Shown: positions 1 through 13,958 of the stretch, piece after piece | Layout: every line of letters starts with the position of its first letter | How positions within the stretch are numbered: position 1 is the first letter of the stretch | Source of the DNA: Bugula neritina | Taxonomy: Eukaryota > Animalia > Bryozoa | Reading direction: 5' to 3' | Length of the DNA stretch: 64,000 nucleotides | Assembly: GCA_964035545.1 (NCBI GenBank) | Contig: OZ037772.1 | Coordinates: 3,687,538-3,751,537, forward strand | Program-made: the position numbers and the translations under genes | Notes under the pieces: generated by a model | Seen by the model: the letters and a program-made list of their open reading frames with translations, nothing else | Databases searched by the model: none | Told to the model about the DNA's origin: nothing

Positions 1-907
1 ATAAATCATTTGCTAGGTAAGAGTGTAGAATAAATAATTTGCTAGAGATGAGTGTAGAAGCTGCCAACCCATGAAACAACTACACCTGACCTAACAGAAG
101 TACAAACATGTTAAATTAGTGTGTTTCACACCACCATAGTTTCTATTAGATGATTTAATAGCAAACTAGCAGTTGATGGCTTTTTCCCTGGCTGGTGGAA
201 GGGTGAATCTAAGTAACATATTAAATCATGCATCACCAACACTGCAGAAATGTTAAAATGAATTTTGTCATTTAGATTATGGAAAAAACAAAGTATTTTC
301 AACACCCAGCACAAAATATTTCATGAAACTATGTTTTCTCCCACTGCTATGTTTCCCCCTATTTTGTGTCTTAGCGTGAGCCCACGCAATGTATCTATCC
401 CAACAATGGGCAGGTAACATTGTAAAAATGGCTGATATTTCTGAATGAGGGGATAAGCAGCTGAGCCCAATTGTGCTGTTTGTTCATAAAAGTAATACAT
501 AACTCACTGGTATTCGTGTTTCACTTCTCCTCTATATATTGGAAACACTTGATTAGTGATGTTCAATAGAAGTAGAATAAATGTGTTCACTGAAGCACAC
601 AGCATTGCTTCATATTTATTGTATATGGAGTTTGAGTCACCAGCAAAAACCTATTCAGTGATTACAATGGAAACAATACAGCCTTTGTTAGACAGTTAAA
701 GCTGTGAGCTCAGCATGTTGTAGCTGACTATCATGTATACCAGTGTTATTAACTGCATTTGTGTAACATTATTTTTCATGTCTTTATTTTGTATGGTTTA
801 TTGTTAATGGTTAAGTCTTTGATTTGGAAACCTTCACAGATGTAGTGTGAAATATTATGCTAAGAGTATGTGTATCTTTTACAGGATTTCCTTATCATAT
901 AACCAAG

Positions 908-2716
908 ATGGCAGAATCCAGAGTTGTGAAAAAGAGACTAAACAATTCGTATCGCTGTGGGTACTGCTCGCAGTACTTCAATAAACTTGAAGATCCCAGA
1001 ACTCTGCCCTGTCTGCATGTGTACTGCATGAGATGTTTGAAGACTGACATCGGTGGTAGGAAGGATCATATCAGATGTGCTTATTGTAGGTGAGTTATAG
1101 TACATAACACAATATATCATGTCATAGGCTTGCATATGATTTTCTCACTATCATCTAGGAGTTGTCTGATCTGTGTCTATGAAAAGCAAACAATACTGTA
1201 TATTCTATGTGAACTCTGGTTACTAACTTGTGGAGTGTGTGGATATCTTTTCATTAGGTAGAGAAAGTAACTGTTATGTAGATTACACCATCAGCTGTCC
1301 TCTCTTGTTGATTTGTGGTGCTGTTGGATGTCATGGGATTGGGGTTGTCTCCTCATTATATTATTTTGTTCTCATACAGTACAAGACTTGTTAGACCAAC
1401 CTTTTTCATATCATCCCCACTTTCATAAATGTTTACTATTAATTATCCCCCCTTTAAACAACGAAAAAATCTATGACTGACATAATGATAATATAGATTA
1501 TTATGCAATATTTTTTCTATTACATTTGAATATAATATAATTATTTCTGATAATTCTATTATGCATGTATAAAACACAGAGCAGTTCAATTATTAATATT
1601 ATGGCTGCAGCTGATGACATTGTGTCAGCTTGCTTTCAAACCTCCCACCCCAACCCTTAAACCCCAACCCCAATATTGTAATTAAAACACATTCATGTAG
1701 AAGTAGACTGAGATGGCAGAATTGGTTAAATAGATAAGCTAAGATAAATGCTTATAGGTATACATGTACATGTAACTTGCAAGAGCTCAAAAGTCTTCAA
1801 CAAACTGCTTGAAATTTTTAAAATCGAAATCCAGGCTCTCCCTAAAAAGCCCAAATTCCCTCCTATAGGGGGATTCTCTCAGGTTGGGAACCACTGTGTT
1901 GAATTGACTTGTGTTTACTATCTTCTTTCCTGTGGGTATAAACATGTATGATGTTGTCATAACAACAGAGTTGCTGTGGCACAAAGTACAGTTTACTAGT
2001 ATGTAGAGATTGTGTAGTGAGAGTGGAGTGTCTGGTTATTGTCCATGGTTATGTGTGATCTGTAAGGAGTAGAATTATATTATTTTAATATAATGTTGAG
2101 AGAGGTACTTTTATAATGGCAGTTTGCTCAATAGCTTTAGTTCTAATGCGATGGACTCATAGCTCTGGAGTCTAGCAGCTGCTACTATTACCACTAGCTG
2201 TTCAAAATTCGACCAACATCCGGGCTGCCAAAGCATAATAGCCATTGACATTAAGGCCAAGCAGTCACTGGGAAATTATTTGACTAAAGAGCAGGTCTTA
2301 TGACAATTAGTAGTCAGTCCCTTAGACAGGAAACAGTGATTCTGTGACCTATTTAGTTAAATCCAATGCTGAAATTTTAATAGATTATTAGATGGCCATC
2401 ACAATTGTATTTGGTAGTGAGTTGTACAATATAATATTATGGGGTGCCAATCAGTGTGTAATATAGTCTGCGAATTGAGTGTCTCCTTTAGCTTTGATGA
2501 GTTGATTACTTCTTCTACCATCAGTCAGTTGTATTAAGTGTTACTTTGTACTGAGTCATGAATAGTGTTAAGGATTTGGGCCTATATTATGCCACCCCCC
2601 CCCCTCTGACTTAGACTGTGACCCAGCCTGCTGCACATACATAGTAGTACTACACTGAAGATAGTTAACATGTGTATATATCATATACATATACACATAT
2701 ATATATATATATATAT

Positions 2717-2773
<57 letters not shown>

Positions 2774-5700
2774 GCATATATCATCCTACTAGTAATGGAT
2801 TACTAAGTACAACTCATCCTATGACTCACTCTTCTTATGCTAGCTGCACGAGATAGACAACTCACACGTGACACGCACTCACAGTGCACTAGCTCTTGAC
2901 ATATTGCCAAGGGTGATGAAATGACAGTTTCGCACCACTCCTAGCAGTTAGAGTGGTAGGGAATAGTTGTAGTATGTTGTAGTATTGGCTCCTCAGAATT
3001 CTCTCCTCAGTAATTAGTTGCATTGCACAAACTTGCAACAACAGTGAATAATTATTGACAATATGGCCTCCACTCAGTAGTTAACTAGTAATTTGTCTTG
3101 TCATTTTACTCTACAAGTTACAGTTGAGTCTATTTGTTGAGTAGCAGTTCTTTGTCATGAGTGACTATTTTCCAGCATATTAGTACATAATATAGTCAAG
3201 TGTGTTTATGTGATAGCCTGTGGTCTATATAATGAATGTGTGTTGATGAGTGATGAGTATTTATTTGAGTATTTGTCAAGGACATAGCTGTGTGTGGATG
3301 GAGTATTTCATTACTTGAGATATACTAAACACAGCTAACACAGGTAACATACTGAGTGCTATATATTGTAGGAAAGATCACTATGACATCACAGATCCCA
3401 CAACACTACCAGTAGCTCAGCATGGAGACCCCTTAGAATACAAGTCTCCACCCAAACCGGCACCCATTCCTTGCGATGTGTGTAAAGGTGGAACAGAAGC
3501 TGCTGTGTTTTGTCTTGAGAGTCAAAAAAAGTTGTGTCAGCAGCATCAAGAAGTGAGTCTTTCTTATATAATTTCTCAAGATTAGTTACTAAACCAGTTC
3601 TGGTTTGTGTGTAGAATATTATTGAAAGGAAATGTTGAGTCTGTGTGACTTTTTATACTAAACACACAGTTTCACAGTGCAGTGAGTCAACTATGACAGA
3701 CTTGTTGGTGAAAATACAACCAACTAAACTGTTGACCTTTATTATACAGAATCACAGAGAGCTGATGGGAGATAGACATCAGTTTATTGACATTGAGGTC
3801 TACAGAGCTTCTCCCCAAAGATATACTATAACTGAATGTGAACATCATAAAGAGGAACAGCTGACAGAAGTGTGTTCCAAGTGTCACCAGATATTCTGTA
3901 TGAGATGTGATATGAGGACTGGCTGTAAGGATGAGACAGGTATTTACTTGCTGTTTCTATTTCTGTAGAAAGAAACTGAGAAATATTACAAGAACCTGTT
4001 TATTATTTTATTATTAAAGTGAGTTATGCAACAGTAAAAGAGGAAGTCAGTTTGTCAGCATTAAGGTTTGTGTGAGACAGAAGTGGATAGTGCAGGAGTT
4101 GATATTCTCACTGTTATGTTGAATATTTAGTATATTTCATCCTTCAAGTGTCTGTTTCTTTGATAAGATGGTATAGGCATAGCTTTAACTCAGTGGTGTC
4201 TCACCTTTTTCATACCATCCTCCTTTTTATGATTATTTTCTATTAAGTTTCCGCCTCTTTGATAAAATTGTAATTTCATTTATAAAGAATATCTGGGACA
4301 GGTTGTTTTCCTAATAATTCATTGAGTGTAGAAAAAAGCACTTTATGTTTGACATGAATTAGTGTCTGCCACAGCTTCAGTTCAGCTTTGAAAGCAGTGA
4401 TGCTGGTATTAAAAGCAGTGAGTTGATAATTATACTCATTCATTTTAGGTTCAGAGTTTTTAGTACAGCAAATATATCTACTAGGTATGCAGTAAATAGT
4501 TTGTGGCGATCAGTTCGACTGACTGCAAAAACTTCCTGTTTACTTTCAATAAATCTTTTAGCCTCCATTCGTAGTAGGAGGGGTAGCAGCTAGAGTAGAG
4601 TGAATATTAGGCGCATGGATGTAGAAGTAAACTTAGATTGTAGAGTGTAATGTGGATAAATAAATGAACTACATAAAATGAAGGAGTTATAATTATACAT
4701 ATTCATGTAACCTGGAACACAAGGCAAGAGCTCAAAAAGCTGATAACAAACTCTGTGAAATTTTAGAAATGAAAACCCCTAAAAAAGCTCAAATTTCCTG
4801 TGAAGGGGAAATTCCCCAAGGTTGAGAGCCACTGCTTTAATTTTTTCAACTATTTCATTCCAAGTGCAGTGATTAATGAGCTAACCTCTGACATCTTTCT
4901 AGTCCAACCAACTGTCTAGTTATCACATAGTATGTGTATAGTGATACATCATCTACCTGTAGGTACAGGTAGTAGGTGTAGAATAAGTACAATATCATAT
5001 CTATAATAATGCTTTTATAAATAGTGTGATTTTATGTATACAGAGGAGACAGTAGCATCCCATGACTTGGCATCTTTGATTGATTTGTCTTGTGAGTTAC
5101 GAGAAAGTCTGACTGGTGGAATAGAGACTCTGTCTGAGAAAGTTGCAGAGTTGAATGACATCTCAAAGGATGCCTGGAAAGAACTGAGTAAAATAGAAGA
5201 TGAAGTGAAGAAGATGGTTGCCAGAGTAAACGCTGTAGCTGACGCTCAGGTATGCTGACATGGTGATGCCATGTAATATTATTTCTGTTTGTCTGAAATT
5301 GGAATTTGCATTTGGTCTTTGAGTTGTAATCAGAAATGAATTTTATTTGCCACTAGAATTAACTGGCCATTAAAGTATTATCATTCTGTGTAAAAGTAGC
5401 AGTAGTCATTCATCACATGTTACTCAGTGCAGAGGAACCTGTCAATACAGATGACTCACTCATCCTTCTGCAACTGTCATCACTCACACAGAGAGGTTGG
5501 CTGTGTGAGTGATTGACAGGTGTCAGGAGGAGGAGACTAGTCACGTGATGTACTAGCTCTCTGCTGTGTATAGAGTGTCACGTGACTGAGTCATTGTCCA
5601 CTCAGTGGGTGATCTGTCACTTTCATTTCGAGTGCAGAGGTTGTGAGGTGCAGATGTGGTTACACTGTGTTACTATTTATTAGATAGAAGAGATTAGAAA

Positions 5701-8192
5701 GAGAGCTACAAACCTGAGGCTAGAAATATATGGATATTTGAAGAGCTGCACACAGATAGTGGATAATTATAGAATAGAGCTGGCCTTGAGTAAGACGATG
5801 GGCAGACAGTCTCTGCTGGACACAGTACAACATGCAGTTGATAAGTTCAATGATGCAGGGATTGTGAGAGACTACAAAGAGATGAGTGAGAAGGTGGAAA
5901 AGGCTACAGATATTGGTGTAATAGAGAAGTGTGTACTTCCAGACAGCATCTTGGTACCAACATGTAGGTGGAGTCTATAAATAGTAACACTAACTATAAA
6001 TAACTTTCTGCTTGTAATCATGTGAGTTGCTTTCACTAAATATTTAAATAGTAGAATAAGTAGATAGAGTTTATTTATTAGAGAATTGAGTTTTGTTCTA
6101 CTCTCACATTATGAGACATTTCTGCAGTGTTTCAGAGTTTATGATGTATAAGTGAGCTGCTAAACTGTGTCATGCTGACTACCTGCTGTCAGTATTAACA
6201 AGATATTCTCACTCAGACCTGTGCATCACGTAGCAAATTGTAGTAACTACAGACTGCTTGTATTTAAAACATTTTTTCATTTTAAGTTTGAAAAGCTGTC
6301 CCACCTCCTCAGGTGATGAGATTCTCAAGTTATAGAATTGTTATTTTGTTGTTGCAGACAGTGAAGACAGTCTGGGACTGAAGCTGCTGCAGCCACCATC
6401 TTCTCTACAGTCTGATGGACTTCCTGTAGGTGACTCGTGTTACACAGTAAACATCTCAGCTGATGGACATCTGATGTGTTGGACAGGAGAAGGTGTAGAA
6501 GTAATAAATAGAGACACTCTGGATACTATCAGCTCAGTGGAGGACACCAACACTACATGGTGGTGGGAGATAATCCAACCTGAAGGGGTGATGGTTGGCT
6601 GCTGGTATAACAGGAAGGAGGACACAGCTGAATTCTCACTTCTTGATCCGAATTCCTTTGAGAAGACTCGCTCCCTCTACAAGCAGTCAGTAGATAGACC
6701 CACTGACTATAATATAGCTCAGCACGACTCACTGCTCTATATTGTAGACAAGAGAGAGAAACAGCTGGTAGTATGTAACCTAGTTGACAATAAGATACAG
6801 AAGTTCCCACTTCCTGAGATGGAGGACCCTCACTCTGTATGCATCCTCCCAGACTCAACTCTCCTCTTAGGAGACTCTACTGTAGATGGTAAAGTGGGAA
6901 GATATAAAGTGGAGAACACAACTCTCTCTCTAATGTGGGAGTTTCCTCACATCTCACGACCAACTGGTATTTCCTTTGATCCAACATCTGAACTGATTCA
7001 CATCTGTACAGTGAGAGGACCTCTCCTCATCCTCTCACTTGAAGGTAAATACTCTGTTTATTATAGTAAGTCTAGTTATTTTATATATAGTATAGTTATG
7101 TTGTAGTAAATAATATATTTTAATAATTAACAGTAAACAACTTCCACTCATAAGATATATTATGATATTGTTAGTATTTATCAAGTCACTGATGTTATTT
7201 TTAGCTAAAAGTTATGTAATAAAGACTGTAACATGCTGATAGTAGATGTTATATTCTTCATCGCATGACTTGTAGCTAATAATAATATTAGTGAATAATA
7301 CTGCCTCCCTGCAATAAGTTTATTTCCAGCTGCAGTAACATGCAGGATGTAAGCACAGGTAAAAGTGTATATTATATTGTATAGGTTTAAGGTGTACTCT
7401 GTGCAGTGTGCAGTGAGCTCTTAGTAAACTCTCTATTCAGTCTTCCTTTCCAAGGGTTCACCTGGTAGTGTAGAGGATAGGGACTCCACACTGCTAAGTG
7501 AGTTGGTGCTGCAAGGGGTTCAAACCCACCTATCAGCATGTCTAGTTAGTATACTATGCAAGTGTTTTACACTAATTTTTGAGGTGCTCAGTCTAACAAC
7601 TGTGCAGACTGCCAGCTACACATGAGTTATGAGTTGTAGTTTAACTTCAGTCTAGTGCTGCTGTTGTTTTAGTCATCAGATAATTTAAATATGAATAATT
7701 TGATACTTTCTGACTGCCATTACTGAGACTATGTAATTTGATGATGGCTGGTAGAGCAGTGTTTGCTGGTGGGACTCAGGTGGCTGTGGTTGGCTCTTGT
7801 CAAGTATTTAATATGTGATAATGTTGGAGTAGCTGCAGTAGTAGTAGTTAGAAGTAGACATGTGGGTGTGTTCTTGCTCAGAGCCACAGGCTAAGTTTGT
7901 GGGTCAAGGTCAATACAGTTGTATAATGAGACACTATTTTCTGCTCTGTTAGAATATTTACTTCATGCATGTAACCTGCTTAGTTCCATCTTTAAAGGCA
8001 GTCTGTCTGTTTCTCTCAATACACACCAACTGATACAATATGATGCTATTATTTACAGGTCAACTGGTGCTTACTGTTCCCAGAGAAAGTCTTGGTGTGA
8101 GTAACTGGGTGAATGACATTGCTGTGTATAACAGAGACACAGTGTTTCTAGCATGTGATGATGGACTGAGAAGATACACAATAAAATACTAA
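908..8192 (+). CDS. TRIM-family E3 ubiquitin ligase (RING, B-box1, B-box2, coiled coil, C-terminal beta-propeller), apparently intact, 619 aa
   Basis: Coding exons 908-1089, 3372-3552, 3750-3939, 5044-5249, 5684-5963, 6358-7044 and 8059-8192 all have GT-AG borders and matching phases (1860 nt, ATG to TAA). RING: CGYC..PRTLPCLHVYCMRC..CAYCR. B-box1: CDVC..FCLES..LCQQHQENH. B-box2: CEHH..CSKC..FCMRC. Exons 4-5 are helical. Exon 6-7 has propeller-like blades (PHSVCILPDS, PTGISFDPTS, VNDIAVYN). AATAAA at 8367. Confidence 0.9.
1396..1896. mobile_element. Degenerate non-autonomous hAT (Charlie/Buster-like) element in TRIM intron 1
   Basis: Ends with AGGTTGGGAACCACTG. The left part (CCAACCTTTTTCATATCATCCCC) and the right part resemble 4191-4834 and 44150-44373. 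Confidence 0.6.
2672..2780. repeat. (TA)n microsatellite
   Basis: Directly visible TA run. Confidence 0.95.
4191..4834. mobile_element. Non-autonomous hAT DNA transposon in TRIM intron 3
   Basis: Terminal inverted repeats CAGTGGTGTCTCACCT / GGTTGAGAGCCACTG and an 8-bp TSD CTTTAACT / CTTTAATT (1 mismatch). The interior resembles the transposase remnant near 43950-44040. Confidence 0.75.
7459..7545 (+). mobile_element. tRNA-derived SINE head (degenerate)
   Basis: A-box-like TAGTGTAGAGG and B-box GGTTCAAACC at Pol III spacing; no complete cloverleaf. Confidence 0.45.
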
Positions 8193-9454
8193 ACTTATCA
8201 GCTACAGTTTACTAATAATCAGCTCAGTGAGGTCCTGAGAGATGAATTGGATAATATTTGTCATCAACATAATTATATTCATTACAATTCATCAATACAC
8301 ACTCTGTATTTATAGTTGATATGAGATGTTTTACTGTATCAAATATGTGTTGCCAATTTACCATCTAATAAAGTTTATTTGTTAGTGAAAACATAGTCTG
8401 TTTTCATGCCTCATTAGCTTTAGTTCAAGTTGAGTTCGGTTAGTAACAATAATCTATACTGGAGCAGTAACTGTAAATGACTTGTTTGTGAGAGAATTTA
8501 TACACTGAATTGACATGCAGGTGCAAGTAACTCCAACATGACTAAGTAAATTTATTACAACCATTCATAATAATATACATTCCATTGCTGTGCAAACAAT
8601 AGCAATGAGTAGCCAATCAAATTGTTTCTTGTCATGCAATCAGGGATCTGATAAATAATATATAAGACAATCAGCTAGATATAAACACTGTTTTACTCTA
8701 CACATGAGCTGTCTGTGATACAGCTGCTTGGTAAACTGTGTGTAATTTGATGAGTTTAGTTCAATTGGTTACAGTTTAATTATGACATGTTCCCCATTCA
8801 CCTGGGAGAAATCCCATGAGGTATAATAGAAGACAACCCTTAAGCATGTCTAAAGGCATCCTTTTAGTAAACCATATATTGCAATGCTACCATCTGATTG
8901 GACAATTATGTCCTCATAAAATATAAGCTTAGAGCTCTTGAGTAAATTGCAACTAGTTGCCAAATGGTGATGGTAACATTTACATGTAAACTCAACTCTT
9001 TCAGGTATAGTTATTATAGTACTGATGGGTTTGTATTACTTTTACCTGCAGGGCTGACTACATTATAAATTGGTTAATTCAACTCATCTTGGATTCGACT
9101 ACTACAACTTATATATATAGTATTCGGAATAACAATACTTTCTTGTTGCTATACTGTTTTTTTTAGTTGGCTCACAGAAACAGTTTCAATCTAACAATGT
9201 AGTGTTGATACAAGTCAGAGTATATAAGCTCAACAATAAAACATAAAAAATAAATATCCTCAATATCCTAAGGAATATTCCAGAGAACACTGCAGGCTAA
9301 GCTAAGATATTTTACAACTACATGCAGTTGACATATCTTCATGATATGTGGACCATTTTGGTGTTTCTGTGTGCACAGATAAGTTGTAATGACTCTAACA
9401 GAAACTTTCTCATTAGGTTTCAGTTCATCTTGAATATAGTACATCTTTTTGTCA

Positions 9455-9605
9455 TTTGGCCTCAATATTATTGATGATACGCCACCTTGTTTGGCCTCAA
9501 TAGTATTGATGGTAGACTACCTTGTTTGGCCTCAATAGTATTGATGGTCCACTACCTTGTTTGGCCTCAACAGCATTGATGGTACACTACCTTGTTTGGC
9601 CTCAT
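9455..9605. repeat. 35-bp minisatellite, about 4 copies
   Basis: Unit TTGTTTGGCCTCAATAGTATTGATGGTAGACTACC repeated head to tail. Confidence 0.9.
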
Positions 9606-10249
9606 TAGTCTTGCTAATATAAAATTAAGAGCACAACTTGCAAGATTTAACTAATTTAACTTGGTTCATATTATGATGTTAATATGTTGACATTTATAAC
9701 CTCTGATATATTTCTATGTTTATAACCTATCAATATGCTCTGATCTACAGTCTTTATTGCCATTCAAGGTGTTGCTCACTGCTGGTCAACCCCATTAACC
9801 CCCAACTTACTGTCTACATAGAAAACTGTCTACTCTCCCTCCATGGTACATAGCTCATACAATGTGTATAATTATTTGCTTTTGCACATTCATTACATAA
9901 AATACCAGCCATTGTGCTAAAAGTAGAGTTTTGTTGTAGTCTCACATATTGGAACATGGCCTTAAGATTTGTAGTATCTGAGGCTTTTATTAAGCTAATG
10001 CAGGAGAAAATTGCTAAGAATTTACTGCAGTGAATCTTTGTATAAACATTACTTATGAAATGCATATCTGTGGAATACTTGATCTACCCTGTATCATGTA
10101 AACTAACTTACACACAAGTTATATACAGCTACTACTTGATAAGGAAGTAATAGACTTACACTAACAGAGTTATTGACATGAAAAAGTAAATATTTAATTT
10201 GTGATGACTAAGTAAGTGGATGAGTCATAAACCAGTCAGAAAATAATTT

Positions 10250-12572
10250 CTACAAACAAACTTTATTGAGTAAATGTGACTACAGAGTCTTGACAACATT
10301 GCAGAGTAAATATGTTACATAATCATTACTAATCAACATCAAATACTGCATATAAACAGTGCAAGTCCTGTGGAATATATAATATTATAGGGGTAACGGG
10401 GGGGGGGGGGGGGGGGGGGGGGGGGAAGGGGGGGGGGGTAGGGGGGCACAACGGTCATAGGGGTACAAAAAGCCGGCCAAATTATGAGAGAACTTATTAA
10501 CTTAGAGCTGTGATTTTTTTTTTCATAAAAAGGTATTGACATAATTATTCAGCTTTTGTAGTTTCAACACTTGCGGAACATACGTGTTGAAAAGGCGAGT
10601 AAAAAACTGTTTTTACCTACTTTTTGTAAATTTTTTAGGACGTCGTTGAAGCCTCATAACTTTTTACACTCAAAGGCAAGAAGCCTAGATTTTACTAATA
10701 TTGTTGCCATTGCTTGCCTCTACAATGCTTAACTAGTATAACAGCAAACACTGAAATAAATTTTCCTTGAGGCACATTTATTCTCAATTTGGCCACACGG
10801 GGCACAATGGGCCACGCTGACCGGGGCACAATGGGCCACCTGATTATTGCACCCTGATCACTGTTATTAGTTTGTTTGCCTAAAAAGTTAGTTGAACTGT
10901 TACTAAAATCTATAGATATAGCCATTTCTGACCTTTTTGTAAAATATCAAAGACATCATGGTAAGACTACAGAACTACAAGTTGAAGCTCCCCTAATATA
11001 TACATCTGGTGAGGTTATAGCTTTGCAATTTTATACATAATACATAACACTCTGCTGTTGCTACTAGTAGATAGTCATGATAATCATTATATATTACACC
11101 ATTGAGGGAATATACATGTATTTGACTGAAATAAATTGTGATTTGCTCATTTGCTTCCCCTCTCCCCTCCGTACTCCAGTCACAAACCTCAGCCATGCAC
11201 CTTAGCTACAGCTCATAGAAAAAAGTCTACTCGGATTTTTGTAGTACACGTTACTAAAGTTTTTTTTGGATAAATGTTGCTCTGAAGTGAAAATAACAGA
11301 ACATTTTTAGTTCTAAACAGTAATGATAATGGCACTGCAGAACCGAGTGACGTGCGTTTGATTTTGCCTTCCTCTGCTAACCGTAGTAACACAAACTGTA
11401 CAGCTAAAACATGAATTTTGCTTTAGATCTGAAAGAGAATCTTTATTTATTTGTAATATTAAACAAATAAAGATCAGATGTAACAAAATATACGCAAAAT
11501 TTCAATATATTTGTTGTGTCCCATTGTACCCCGGTACCGGGGCACAATGGGCCGATTTTTTTGTCGTGAACATTTCATTATTCTGAAAGTTGTGAGAGAG
11601 ATAGACACAACAAACTGATACCTGTAATAGACAACATATGCAGCATTAAGACTAGAGATTATTGAACTAGTAACTTAAAAAACAGACAAATGAGAGCAAC
11701 AAATGCAAAATTCGGCCCGTTGTGCCCCCGTTACCCCTACTGTGAGTAGAACACAATATATTATATTTGACATGTACTATTGATGACCTCACTGAGCTGA
11801 TTATTAGTAAACTGTAGCTGATAAGTTTAGTATTTTATTGTGTATCTCCTCAGTCCATCTCCACATGCTAGAAACACTGTGTCTCTGTTATACACAGCAA
11901 TGTCCCACACCCAGCCACTAACACCAAGACTTTCTTTGGGAATTGTTACCATCAGTTCACCTTTAAAAAATATAATGTCAGATTGAATCAGTTTGAGACA
12001 AACAGACAGACTACGGTGATATCACAACAGCTGACACCACTACAAGCAAGTTTCTACTTTTTAGTATAATATAGTAACGGAAATATATTCGATAATAATA
12101 CAATAAATTTCCAATATATTTCTCACTCAGAAAGACTTCCTTTAAAGATGCAACTAAGCAGATTATGTTGAAGATAATAAAGTTCTACCAGTCAGTATTG
12201 AATAATTCAATGAGCTGCTCTACTGTTTACTTCATAATAAATGACATGGAGAGACTCGACATAGAAATTTACCCCCTCAGCAAATATGATTATACAGGAG
12301 AGAAGATATATAATATAAGTATTACATACATGAAGTAAATATTCTAACAGAAAATAGTGTCTCATTATACAACTGTATTGACCTTGACCCACAAACTTAG
12401 CCTGTGGCTCTTATATAGAACACACCCACATGTCTACTTCTAATAATACTGCTACTGCAGCTACTCCAACATTATCACATATTAAATACTTGACAAGAAC
12501 CAACCACGGCCACCTGAGTTCAACCAGCAAACACTGCTCTACCAGCCATCATCAAATTACACTAGTCTCAGC
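10250..12572 (-). pseudogene. Orphan 3' end of a TRIM paralogue (last intron part, terminal exon 11960-11827, 3' UTR), inverted relative to the intact gene
   Basis: The reverse strand reads GELMVTIPKESLGVSGWVWDIAVYNRDTVFLACGDGLRRYTIKY* versus GQLVLTVPRESLGVSNWVNDIAVYNRDTVFLACDDGLRRYTIKY* at 8059-8192. 12330-12572 matches intron 7722-7975. A homologous polyA context (AATAAAGTTT.TTTGT) lies at 10262-10267. No upstream exons are present. Confidence 0.9.
10390..11737. mobile_element. Non-autonomous DNA transposon with TA target duplication (Tc1/mariner-superfamily-like)
   Basis: TA|GGGGTAACGGG..GCACAACGG at the left and CCGTTGTGCCCCCGTTACCCC|TA at the right. Internal GGGGCACAATGGGCC motifs at about 10800, 10825 and 11540. 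No transposase ORF. A second copy lies at 41270-42271. Confidence 0.85.
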
Positions 12573-12574
12573 AA

Positions 12575-13005
12575 TAATTACATAACATAAGTTATATTAC
12601 ATATTATAAGATATATTACATGATATAAGATATATTACATAATATAAGATATATTACATAATATAAGATATATTACATGATATAAGATATATTACATAAT
12701 ATAAGATATATTACATAATATAAGATATATTACATATTATAAGATATATTACATAATATAAGATATATTACATAATATAAGATATATTACATGATATAAG
12801 ATTGTATTACATAATATAAGATATATTACATAATATAAGATATATTACATAATATAAGATATATTACATAATATAAGATATATTACATAATATAAGATAT
12901 ATTACATAATATAAGATATATTACATAATATAAGATATATTACATAATATAAGATATATTACATGATATAAGATATATTACATAATATAAGATATATTAC
13001 ATAAT
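12575..13005. repeat. 19-bp minisatellite
   Basis: Unit ATATAAGATATATTACATA. Confidence 0.95.
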
Positions 13006-13237
13006 AATTATATACTCTTTCTATTATGTATAATCTTGTATACACATACAGCCAATAAAACCTCTTGCCATTTAGTTTAAGTTTATCAATTTAGACACAG
13101 AATGCATTTGATCTTCAGTCCCATGAATGTCAAAACAGCACATTTCACATTCATTGGTTATACAAGAGATTATTTCCCCAATAATAGCAGCGTTACTCTA
13201 AATTGAAAAAAAAACTATAAAGTTATCAGCTAATTAA

Positions 13238-13958
13238 ACAGAGTCATCTAAAGGGTATAGATATAGAATAGGTATATTGAATAGAGTCATCTAAAGGGTA
13301 TAGATATAGAATAAGTATGTTGAATAGAGTCATCTAAAGAGTATAGATATAGAATAAGAAATATTGAATAGAGTCATCTAAAGGGTATAGATATAGAATA
13401 AGTTAATTGAATAGAGTCATCTAAAGGATATAGATATAGAATAAGTAAATATAATAGAATCATCTAAAGGGTATAGATATAGAATAAGTATATTGAATAG
13501 AATCATCTAAAGGGTATAGATATAGAATAAGTATATTGAATAGAGTCATCTAAAGGATATAGATATAGAATAAGTATATTGAATAGAATCATCTAAAGGG
13601 TATAGATATAGAATAAGTATATTGAATAGAGTCATCTAAAGGGTATAGATATAGAATAAGTATATTGAATAGAGTCATCTAAAGGGTATAGATATAGAGT
13701 AAGTATATTGAATAGAGTCATCTAAAGGGTATAGATATAGAATAAGTATATTGAATAGAGTCATCTAAAGGGTATAGATATAGAGTAAGTATATTGAATA
13801 GAGTCATCTAAAGGGTATAGATATAGAATAAGTATATTGAATAGAGTCATCTAAAGGGTATAGATATAGAATAAGTATAATGAATAGAATCATCTAAAGG
13901 GTATAGATATAGAATAAGTATATAGAATAGAGTCATCTAAAGGGTATAGATATAGAAT
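13238..13958. repeat. 43-bp minisatellite, about 17 copies
   Basis: Unit GAGTCATCTAAAGGGTATAGATATAGAATAAGTATATTGAATA. Confidence 0.95.

Noticed and set aside
2568-2777. YIYIYI ORFs (also 24988-25173 and 62557-62793)
   Set aside because: Products of (TA)n microsatellites.
7459-7545. tRNA gene
   Set aside because: A and B boxes are present, but no acceptor stem or cloverleaf; better explained as a SINE head.
9455-9605. CRISPR-like repeat length (35 bp; also the 43-bp array at 13238-13958)
   Set aside because: Units are head to tail with no unique spacers, there are no cas genes, and the context is eukaryotic.
10339-10542. Poly-proline ORF
   Set aside because: Reverse translation of the poly-G tract in a transposon TIR.
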